Source of the DNA: Vicugna vicugna | Taxonomy: Eukaryota | Assembly: GCA_013265495.1 (NCBI GenBank) | Contig: MU058009.1 | Location: forward strand, 4,406,739 to 4,470,738 | Length of the DNA stretch: 64,000 nt | Direction: 5' to 3' | Shown here: piece by piece, positions 39,291-49,469 of the stretch | Position numbering within the stretch: the stretch's first letter is position 1 | Layout: each line of letters starts with the position of its first letter | Translations under genes and position numbers: made by a program | Notes under the pieces: generated by a model | The model's input: only the letters and a program-made list of their open reading frames with translations | Database searches by the model: none | Told to the model about the DNA's origin: nothing

Positions 39291-42200
39291 CGCCCTTTCA
39301 TCAGGACTCCGCTTCCCCTCGATGGAAAATGGTCCTTCGTGTTTTTCAGAGACCTCATCCTCTGGTGAGAGGAAGGGCAGCCTGGGATCTGGAGACCCTG
39401 ATTCTGCCTGTGACTCTACGCTTCCTAGGGGGGTGACAGTCCCTGGCTGGCCTCGCCCTCCCGTCCGCCAAGGGAGAGAAGGCTGGGGCTGACGACCTCT
39501 GGGGCTCTCCTGGCAGCGCCGAGGGACTGTGTAGAGGGCAACCCCGCACCTGGCGCCGGAAGGGACACTGCTGAGCAGCCAGACGGCCTTTCCTGTGCGG
39601 CTTCTCGTGCCTCAGCGCCGTCTCCTGAGACAGCACGAGGGCACCGGCAGGCCCAGACCCTAGTTTCCTGTTTCGTGGCCTCATTTTCCGTGCAGCTTCA
39701 GGAAGTTTTATTCTGTAGCGGGTCTGGTAAGCCCTGCTTACACCATCGGACGGTACAGCACGTCACCGCCAAAGCGCCTTTGGCTAATCAGCGCATGGAA
39801 AGGGCTGAGCCATTCTGGCCAAGGGGCTCATCTAATGCACTAGGCTGGAGGTGAAAACCAGCCCTGCTTTCCTCGTCGGCATCCCGGACGCTCCTGGGAT
39901 CTGGCAGGTGGGCCAAATGCCAGGCCAGCGAGAGGCCCACGGGGGGGCTCTGTTCAAAGCAGCAGAGAGGGGCTCATGTCCACACGCGACGCATGCCAGG
40001 CTGGAGGGACACCAGACAAAGGCGGTCGGGGATGAACTGATTCTTCAGCGGCATCTCTCCACAAGCTCGATTCCACCGGAAATGAGGGGAGAGGAGGGCT
40101 CTGGGCGCCAAGGCCACGCCCCTCGTTGGGCAGCCGCTCCTTCGTGCTTCAGTGGACAGGAAGCTGCTTAGCGATGCGATCTTGCCCCGCACTCACCAGG
40201 GCTCACCTGTGGTGCCTTGGGCTGGTAGGAGGCTCTGCAAGTGTCAGCTCCATGAATCTGCCACCGGGGAGGGCAAGACCCTGGAGGGGTTCCTCACCTG
40301 AGCTGGGCAGCGAGGGCAGCCCTAAAGCTGGGACGCAGGTCTTCAGGTGCCAGCTTGAGTCTGGCTTCCCTCTCCTGTGGTTGCTTCACGGAACCACTGC
40401 GTGAGCCTCCCCAGGTACTTGGTACCCAGGACGAAGTTTCAATCTCAATAAACATAGACTAAGGAGAAAGGTGGTTCTTGTCTCAAATCTCGAATCCAGG
40501 CTTTGTGACGGGAGGCAGACTTTCCAGCATGGGTTCCACTTCAGGAAACTCACCCGACAGGCACCAGGGTAGAGGGCGAGGACGACTGAAGATGACGCTG
40601 AAAGGCCAAGGAGCGGTGTCTGTGGGCACGTGGCTGGGACAGACACCTGAGAGGGGCCCTTGGAAAGGTTTTCGCTGCGTCCACCGGCCCTGGCCTCACG
40701 GCCTTGACTTTGCAGCCCTAAACCCTGCGGGGCAGAGGTTGCTGACCACCACGAAAGTGCGGCCGACGCTCGCAGCGTTGGCACCAGTCCTGGCTCTGTG
40801 GCTTGCCAGCCAAGTGCTCTCAGACAGAGCGCTTTCAGTCTTCTCCTTGAAAGTAGGGGCAATGCCCTGGAGTTCTCAGGATAAAGGGTCGCGGTGATCG
40901 GGACGGTGTGTGGAGGAAGTGGCCATGCGGCCATGGGGGCTGGCGCCCTGGCCGCTCCATGCCCCACCCTCCACTTCTTCGTTGAGGCTAATATTGGCCT
41001 ATTTCAGTCTTTTCTAAATACGCTGAGCCTGAGGTGAGTGTTGGTGGGTAAGAGTGAGGAGGAGAGACGGGGGAGATGGGGGCTTGCTGCTGAGAGAGGC
41101 CGCAGGCCGTGAGGGCCTAGGAGGGCACGGGCCACCGAGCGGGGGCAGGGGGAAGGTCCAGAGCCAGGCTTCGTAGCAAGTCCAAGGGCAAGGGCCCAGT
41201 CTGAGAGGGAAACCGACCCCACTCTGGCCTTGGAAGCCAGGCCGTCCACTCAGCAGGCGTGTGCTGGTGCCTGCCCTGGCCAGGCTCTGCTCCAGAGAGA
41301 AGGGGGCGCACCGTCTCCCACACCACGGAGCCTGCACACCGTCAGGGCCTAGAATACTCTGCCCTGGTCTAAATCAATAAGCAAAGACACAACAAATTGT
41401 TTTTTAAGCCCTCGCAGATTCTGAGAAGAAAGCCCTTTGAAATAGAACAATGGACATTCCTTGGATCTCAGGAACACCCCACCTGCTGGATAGTCTGAGA
41501 GGACAAGGTTCAGGAGGCATGGAGGATGGGGTGTGAATTCTGACTCTGCTCTCACTAGCGGGACGGCTTTGGAGAAGACGGTCAACTCTTCTGATACAGG
41601 TTTTATTTTTTAAGTTCAAAATATGTGGGGGGGTGGTTCTACCTCCCCTTATAGGGCTGCTCTGAGGATGAGTTAAGATGGTACCTAAAATCCCTGAGTA
41701 TAAGTAAAGGGTGAATAAACTCTGGCTGAATTAGAACCAAGATAATAATTACCAGTCTCTAAAACAGCACCCTTTGTGGGGATCCTGCTTTAAATAAGAG
41801 GCCATGTGGATACCAGGTTCTCAGGGACAATTGTCAAACACCAGCTGAGAGCAGACGTGGCTCTGGTTTAGCAAGCAAGTGACCAGGTCGCTCCTGGCCT
41901 GGCCGGGGGGGGCTCTGACCACAGATGAGGTCTTCCCAGGAAGGCCGGTTATTCCAAGAAACTGGGTTTAGAAGCCCAGCCCTTTCTGCGGGCAATCGCC
42001 ACGTTTAAGGGATCTTTATTCGTGGTTGGCCACGACTCAGTCCAACAGTGTGTTTGTTACAAGCATCAGACTTAATTCAATACTTTTCAGGGACAACCCC
42101 GCCCTTCCTCCTCCACCCGCCTCAAAGCTGCAGATGCATCACCTCCTTCACGCCTGAAGGTGAGCATCCTTGAAGGGAAAAGCTTGCGTGATGCTACAAA

Positions 42201-44699
42201 GCCAGGAGACGAACTGTGAATGGCAACAAGGACAAGCAGAGACCTTGGGGACAGACACGCAGACGAAAGTAAATACAGAATGCGGAGGTACAGGACGGAA
42301 ACGATCACGGGGAAAACTCCAGGAACGAGAAATGCTGTCCAAGTCCCTCCGCTGCCAGGTGCGCTCCGGGCCACGGGGAGGGCTTCCAGCCACGCGGGAG
42401 GCCCAGCGGGGTGGACAAGCAAGCAAAGAAAGAGGGGAGCAGACGAAGAAAGCCAAGTCCACTTGGAGAGGCTACTTACTTTGTTCAGTTAAATACGCTG
42501 CACATTATAGACTATTTTTAAAAGCAGATGTGGTTGAGGGCTTAACATGGAATTAACCTGCGGGCCTAGCTCTCCTGGAAGCAAGAATTGCCCACTGTGT
42601 TACAGGGGTGGCCACCCACCCTCGGGAGTGGCAGGTGTTGAAAATCAAAGTCCCCAACTCAGCACAAAGCCCCCAGAAAAATACAGAAGCTTTGGTGAAC
42701 TCCCACCTTGCAGGGGATTTTGAAGCTCAAATGTGGAGGGTACATTATAAGCCACGAAGGTACCGAGATGTCACCGTTTTCCTGTCCATGAAAACACAGC
42801 CCAGTGCTTCAGCGAGGGGGACGACGGTCCAGCGGACATCCTACAGCAGCAGGTGGAGGGACCATCACATCAAGAAAAGAAAAGAAAGCCCACAGGCGAG
42901 TTGAGCTCGGTGATACACAGCAAGATCAGGAAGGCGTCTGACGTCTAAGTGGATGCAACTTGTTCTGAGATCTGGATGGGTTTTACAAGTATGAATATGA
43001 ACTATGCAACCTTCCTAATGAGGAAGCAAAAGGATAATGATGCTCTTGGTGATTAAAAGAGGAGCGAGGAAATCTAATTAGAGGGCGTGTGCCTCACACT
43101 TGTTGGTGAAACGTAAACCTATTTGCAGCAGTGCCGGCTGATGAAGGCGCCTCGTTCCCCGTCAAAGGGACCTTCTCCTCCACTGTCTTTAATTACAGTG
43201 GCAAACACAGCGCTGTGTCGTGGAACAAGGAGGCTTAACCGGGCTTCACAGCTCCAGGAAGACGTGCAGATAAAGAGGCAAAAAAAAACCCCACAAAAAA
43301 CGCAGCCATCTTTGTTTTGTTCTTCCACAAAGACCATCGCTTAGAAGTTAGTACCAGAGGCTCATGCAAGCCCGCCGGCTCATCACAGCCCCAGGAGCGG
43401 CGAGGCCCTGGCCCGCGCCGGAGCAGCAGCCCCGCCGTCAGCCCCGCCAGGCGCCCCGGGTCGGAGCCGAGCGCTCCGGCTGACGGCCGAATGGCAATGA
43501 CTCAGACGGAGCGGGTGGGGGCGCGGGGGGGACCAGGAGCCTCATCACGAGTGAAATGTGAAATGTCTGCATATTTTATTTTCCTAATATGTTGACATTT
43601 TGCAGGCTGCAGAAAATAAGAGTGATTGCGCGGCTGTCATCAGCCAAAAGCCTCCATCTCCTGCTCTGACTCATCCCCTCCCACCTGGATTTAAACTGTG
43701 GATCTGGAAAATAAAAATCATATGCGTTATCAGCAGGAAATGGACAAGCATGTGCAGCTTTTGATGTCTCTGCAGGAAGAAATCACGCGATGGACGTCTT
43801 CCTAAACCGTCTGCTGGGATGTCTGATAGAGTCTCCCTCACAAGAAAGACCCAGTGGAAAAGCCCTAAATTTCAAATTAGCGCCGGGCTGTGCGGGAGGC
43901 TGGAGCGCCAGGGGACGCATCAGGGCAGTAGCGATGTGGCTTCCCTGGGGCGGGGTGGGGGGACTGCAAGGCCCTTTGGGTACTGGGCCTTCCTCTGGTT
44001 AGCGAGGCGCTTCCCCTGCAGAGAGGCTGTGCGGACACCCCAGTCAATGGAAGATGCCTTTATTAATCCAACCAGTGCTCACCGGGCAGTAACGGCCGCC
44101 AGATACAGGGCTGCACCTCTTAACGCAGAAACAAACACGAACAAATTCCAGCCCGAGGGCACACAACCTGGAGAATCCAGACTCACCCCAAAGGGTGCAG
44201 GATGCGAGGAGCCGCTCGGGGACCCTCTAGCGGAAGAAAAGCCTGTTTGAAGAGCCAGCCTGACATGTCTGTTTATTCTGGAGAAACGGCCATTAGCAAA
44301 AGAAAAGACAGATCTCATCCCCTTGTCTTCCAGGGGCTGCAGAGGCAGGCTGTCTGCAGGGCTGTGGTGCGGCGGGGCCGGGGCTGGGGCTCGGCCTGAG
44401 GAAAACTCTGGAGCCCAGATGCCACCCTGACCCGCACAGTCTGCTATTTCTGTTTGCAATGACAAGATGCCTACGTGCTGTCCCCATTCCTGGTCCTTAA
44501 CTCTTCGTGGAACTAATTTGCGCCGCTGCAGTTTCACAGACAAAGCGCGAGAAGTCGGGTCTTCTCTCCGCAGCGTCCCCTCTCCCCTCCTGGCTTTGTT
44601 TGCCTGCTCAGTCCCTCTCCCCTGCAGCTCCAGGAATCCAGATGCTCACACAGCTCGCTGAGCGCCTCATGCCTCCGTGGTGCCGGTGCCGGATGTCAC

Positions 44700-45700
44700 C
44701 AAGTTCAGAAGCCTAAGGACAGGGTCGGGGCCTCTGGCTCAAGACCCAGGGGAGGCGGAGAGTTGGTGACTCCAGAGACGGTGAGCGGCCTTCAAGGGTG
44801 GCCAGCAGGCAGACTCCCCCCTCCCCCGGCTGCACGCAGACCGGGCAGGACCGTGGGACGCCGGGCTCAGGCGGGCCTTCGGAGGCCTCGCCTATCAGGA
44901 AGGCGGGCCAGGGCTCTGGTGCTTGAGCAGGTTGCTTCCAGGACGCAGGGCGCCCGTCGCAGCCCCGAGGCCACGGACGACGGGCTTCGGAGCCCTGCCT
45001 TCCCTCTGCTTTGCGAGTTCAGAACAGAGCCCTAGACAGCTAGGAAGCAGGCCGGGACGCTGTTTCGTTCCGCTGGTCTGTCTCACGGCAGCCCCGGAAC
45101 AGAGCACACGGCTTGCACCGGAGTCGGCGCAGGAGCGCCGCCTCCACGTCCCGGGACGGGTCCGCGGGGCACGTCTGCTGCCTCTCACGTCCCGGCGGTT
45201 GCCGTCAACTATGAAAGGTGCGCAGCGTAAAGGTCTGAAATGCCGCGGGGGTCGGCGCCCCACCGCGCGGTCTCCCTGTCGTGCGGCTCCTGCAGGGGCC
45301 GCGGCTGGTGCAGCCCCGGCCCCGCCGTCCCCCCCCCGCCNNNNNNNNNNNNNNNNNNNNNNNNNNNNNNNNNNNNNNNNNNNNNNNNNNNNNNNNNNNN
45401 NNNNNNNNNNNNNNNNNNNNNNNNNNNNNNNNNNCCCCTCCTGAGTCCCTCCGCCGCCACCACCTCTGTCCATCCGCCCCAGCGCTTCCCGCGTCGCCCG
45501 CTGCCTCCGGCCTCCGTGTCCGCTGCCTCCTCCTGAAGTCGCTTTCATCCCACTCGCCTTTGTTCTGTGCACGGAGGCGGGAAGCAGACGGAGGCCTGCT
45601 AGAAGTGGGTTCACAGGGCCCAAGGGTCCCCAGCAACCAGGGCTCTGGTCCTTGAGGGCAGACGCCAGCACACGCCTGGGAACGCGGGCCTGCTGAGTGG
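44700..45700. promoter_or_regulatory. CpG-island-like segment in the last OPCML intron (spans an N gap)
   Basis: Very dense CpG and GC content (ccgcgggggtcggcgcc, gccgcggctgg, cgcgtcgcccgctgcc). Not computed formally. Confidence 0.55.
45341..45434. other. Assembly gap (N run) flanked by C-runs
   Basis: Run of N bases. Confidence 0.99.
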
Positions 45701-45859
45701 CCTGGGGAGTGGGAGCGCTCGGGCTGCAAACCGTCCCTCGAAATGACGAGGGCAGATTGGGTAGAAGAGGGGAAACCGAAGTGGAAGACGGTCTCCGACA
45801 GGCTAATGGGAGACACGGGCTTCACGGGGCCGCTTCACTGGGGTGTGAGCTGCGTCTCT

Positions 45860-46240
45860 CCTAGGAACGGAGTTGTGTCCCCCAGATTCACGTGGTGACG
45901 CCCTAGCCCCCAGTGTGTGTTGGAGTTGGGCCCGTCAGGAAGTAATGGAGGTTAAATGAGGTTATGATGGGGGGACCCTGATGGGATAGGGTTAGTGTCC
46001 CAGTGAGAAGACACACCGGGGAGCGGCCCTCTCTCTCTGCCGGTGCTCAGAGGAAAGGCCACGCGAGGACAGCGTGGGCGTCTGCACGCCAGGAAGAGAG
46101 CCCGCATCAGAAACAGGTGGTAGCTTTTCCCGGCTTGATCTTGGCACCTTGGCCTTCCGTCTCCAAAACTGAGAAGACACACTCTGTTGGCTAAACCCCC
46201 AGCCCACGACACCGTTAGGACCGCCCGGGCAGGCCCGCGC
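45860..46240 (+). mobile_element. MLT1A-like MaLR solo LTR
   Basis: ttgtgtcccccagattcacgtgg...gaggttaaatgaggtt...gaggaaaggccacgcgaggacag...cttgatcttgg...ctccaaaactgagaag...ctgttggctaaacc. Confidence 0.85.
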
Positions 46241-46739
46241 GCTGCTCCCTGCTGTGACGCACCTCTTCCTCAGTTAACGGGAGAGACGGACAGGCACATG
46301 GATCATGGAGTGGCCAGTCCTGGGGGTCCCCTCGCTGGGGGTTGAGGGGGTGATGGTGGGGCCGGGGCAGAGTGGCAGCCTGACCCCGCACTTCCCTCTT
46401 GGTTTTATCAGGACCAAGGGAGAGGTGTTCACAGACGCCAAGGCAGGGGCAGAGCTGGTGGCCTGTGACTGTCTGGGGCCAGAGCTGTGCAAAGTGACCA
46501 CTGCCGAGCTGATTCCAGGTCCGGCCGTGTTCTGCGTGGCTGACTGACCCTGGCAAGGACAGCTGTGAGGCTGGCACCGAGGAAACAGAGGAAGGGCCAG
46601 CGCTGCTGCATCCGGCCTGAGAGTGAGCGTGGCTGTGTGACCCCTGGTGCCCCTGCCACCCTCCGGGCAAAGACCGGTGTCCGAGGAGGGGTCTGGGTCT
46701 GGGTCTCATCACACCTGTTCGCTAGCCACGCATGCTCCC

Positions 46740-46870
46740 TTCAGCATCACCCAGCCTCCTGGGTCCTCCCCTTACTCATCTTTAAAATGGGGCCATAACC
46801 TGTCCTGCACAGCCCAGCACGCCCAGAAGCCAGTACACATTGGGTGAACGGAAGGTGTTATTAGGATCAT
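46740..46870 (+). mobile_element. MIR 3' fragment
   Basis: ctcatctttaaaatggggccataacc...gtgttattaggatcattat. Confidence 0.6.
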
Positions 46871-47349
46871 TATGAATAATCACCCATGTGCTTCTATTTC
46901 AAAATGAAGCTTTCGGAATTAAGCTGTTAGCCCTGTTTGCCTTGGGCTGGGAGAACTGTACATTCGTATTAAGGTGACTTCTCCATGGAGACGATCACCT
47001 GATCATCTGATAATCCCTGTGGTGTCTGGGATGGGTGCCCCCTGGCGCTGCTGTGTGCAGAAACAGCAGAGCACCACTCCTCCTAAAGGCCACCAAGGAG
47101 AAGCTTATTGTTCTGGGGGCAGAAAACTCCTCCCTCTGAGATGTACCGCGGCATGACCTATGCATGCGGGTGGAAGCCACTATGCTCCGCATGCTTGTCC
47201 CCTAAATGGTGCGCACCAGCCCCTGCAGTCTAACCGCTAAGGAGAAATGCATCAGGGAGTGGGGCAGGCGAGCCTGTCTTTGAAGGAGGCTGAAAATCAA
47301 AAGCATCGGCATTCAGGCAGGAGGGGGAGGAAGGAACATGCTTACCCAC

Positions 47350-47376
47350 CTGCCACGGCTGGTGAGGGGCTTATTT
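47350..47376 (-). CDS. OPCML: OPCML 27-nt alternative microexon in the stalk: (E)ISPSPAVA(G)
   Basis: The minus strand reads gtgtgtgtcttag|AAATAAGCCCCTCACCAGCCGTGGCAG|gtgggtaagc. It is frame-preserving (phase 1/1) and matches my recollection of an OPCML isoform with an EISPSSAVA insertion before GPGAVIDGV. Confidence 0.88.
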
Positions 47377-48260
47377 CTAAGACACACACAGCACAATGCA
47401 CACACAATGCGGAGAGAAAACAGAAGACACAGATCACACATTTCAGATGGTTGGTGGACAAAGCTCAGTTCACGTCCACGCGGAAAGCTTGTTCAGGGTC
47501 TGAGGGACACGTGAACAAGGGACACCTGTTCCTCCTCCTCACCAGATGCAACCCTCCGACCGAACCTCCGCAAATCAACACGGACACACACACGGACTGT
47601 CACAGCAAGCTGGGCTGGCCCGCAGGGTGGCATGTGGCACACGGGGAGGGACACGGCAGGGTGAGAACTGAGCGAGGGCGGGATGAGGGCTCCCCGGAGG
47701 GGGCCGTCACGGCTCTGGAGGCCTCTCCACCCGCATGGGAGGGAAGACCTTCAGAGAGGAGACAGACGGTCCAGCTGGGACAGAGCAGCCGCCCTGACGA
47801 GGACGCAGACCCCTGCTCCGTTCATTCCAGCGACAGGAACGTGGCATGACCATCAACACGGGAATCAAGACGGCGGCAGCTGCTTGGTTAAACGTTGCCC
47901 CAGAAGCGTAGGCTCTTCTGGTGGAGGCGATCTCCACATTACACCCAATTTACCCTGAGACCAACAGAGAGCGCTACAGCGGGGCTGCTCCGTGCTCCTG
48001 TCTTACTTACAGCAGCCACCAGCCAGCCTGGTTCAGAGCTGGTTTTGCTCCTTTTGTGAGACGGAACCTCACCTGACAGGAGACCTGGTGAACCCCTCGT
48101 GCCATGTGCCGGGGGAATGTTGGCAGTGGGAGCACGCGGATCTAAGGGCGGCGGGGTGAGCAGCACAACGGACACCGGCCACGCAGATGGCGCCCGCCCC
48201 CTCCCTCCAAGTCCCCGCGCCCCCGCGGCCGCGCCCCACGCCCGGGCGCCCTGCACTCAC

Positions 48261-48412
48261 CATACAGTGTGATGCTGGCGTTGGTGTTCCCAAGCTTGTT
48301 TGTGGCCACGCAGGTGTAGTTCCCATAATCCTTCTCTGAGACGTTGAAGAAGGTCAGAGTGGATATGTGTCCTTTGTTCTCGATCCTCACGCCTTCCAGG
48401 CCGGTGGCCAGC
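48261..48412 (-). CDS. OPCML: OPCML internal exon, second half of Ig domain 3 (152 bp): (R)[50 protein letters not shown](G)
   Basis: Translation matches OPCML, including the DYGNYTC Ig motif and N-glycosylation sequons NVS, NYT and NAS. Acceptor ttacgcag and donor gtgagt are canonical. Confidence 0.97.
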
Positions 48413-48866
48413 CTGCGTAAGGAGAAGATGCCGCGGGTCTGGTCCACAAACAGTTAGACAGCGGACAGGAGGCACTGGGGGACTCGAGGTCCCCCGGACG
48501 AAGCCACACACAAAATGCTCCTCCCTCTGGCTAGCCCGGTCCGTCTACCTCAGACCCCAAGCTCCCCGGCCTCCACCAGGAGCGGAGAGGGAAGGGCGTC
48601 CAGGCTCCGAGGCTACTTCCCAGGTCCTGGTCACAGAAGGCAGCCATGTCTGCAGCTAGCCTCTGACTCGGAAACAAGGTCGATCCATTTTGCCCACTTC
48701 CCAGCCTCCTCCGTTTCTGTCTGGTTCTAAGAGGGGGCTGTTACGAAGGAGGCTGTAACCATTTTGGTTTTGCTGTGTCTTCCCCCTTGGCTGCAACACC
48801 CTCCTTCTGTGCAGGGAAGGCCCCCAGCCCTGCTTCAGACGCGCCCCGTTTCCACGTCCCGGGTAC

Positions 48867-48987
48867 CTGGTGTCCTCCTTGAACCACTGGAACTCAGCCA
48901 CGGGCACGGCAGGGGCTTCGCAGCTCAGCATGCCCTTCTGGCCAACCGAGACGCCGGTGTTCTTGGCTTTGGAAATGTAGGGAGGGT
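48867..48987 (-). CDS. OPCML: OPCML internal exon, first half of Ig domain 3 (121 bp): (Y)[39 protein letters not shown](R)
   Basis: Translation matches OPCML Ig3. Acceptor ctgcccacag and donor gtaccc are present, and phases are compatible with both neighbours. Confidence 0.97.
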
Positions 48988-49331
48988 CTGTGGGCAGATG
49001 CAGAGCGAGTCCATGGACAGGGGAGGGGCACACTGGGACACCCCACCTTCCCGGTTAAACCACCATTTATTTGGGGAAAAGAACTTCTTGCTTGAGGATA
49101 CGGCATTGACCCCAGCGTCTTCCCCAAGGCTTCCAACTACCCAGAGCCAACCCTTCTCCCCCTCCCTGGCAGGGGCAGGCAGGCCCGGGACGCGCGGCTC
49201 TGAGCAGTGGTGGGCCCGGTGGTCCGGTCAAGTGCGTTCCCGCCGGGCACAACCCGGGGCTGTCGGGACGCGGCACTGCCCTTTCCCGCGGGCGCCCTCC
49301 TCCCCCGGAGCCCCAGCCGCCGTCGGCTCAC

Positions 49332-49469
49332 AGTTGACGGTGATTTTCACTTTCCGCACGTCGGGCGCGGCCACGTCGTTCAGGGCGCTGCACTCGTAGT
49401 CCCCGGACTGGTCCCGTTTGATGTCCGAGATCTCCAGGTACTCGTCCTCGCTCACAAAGCCCTGGCCCT
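49332..49469 (-). CDS. OPCML: OPCML internal exon, second half of Ig domain 2 (138 bp, phase 1/1): (E)[45 protein letters not shown](Y)
   Basis: The minus-strand translation matches OPCML/OBCAM. Acceptor tccccccag at 49470-49478 and donor gtgagc at 49331 are canonical. The exon splices in frame to the next one. Confidence 0.97.

Noticed and set aside
42479-42510. Possible 18- or 32-nt cassette ending in a perfect gtaagt donor on the minus strand
   Set aside because: The acceptor lacks a polypyrimidine tract, so it is too weak to call.
44424-44460. Possible 18- or 24-nt cassette (EIADCAG) after ttgcaaacag
   Set aside because: The donors (gtcagg, gtggca) and the pyrimidine tract are weak.
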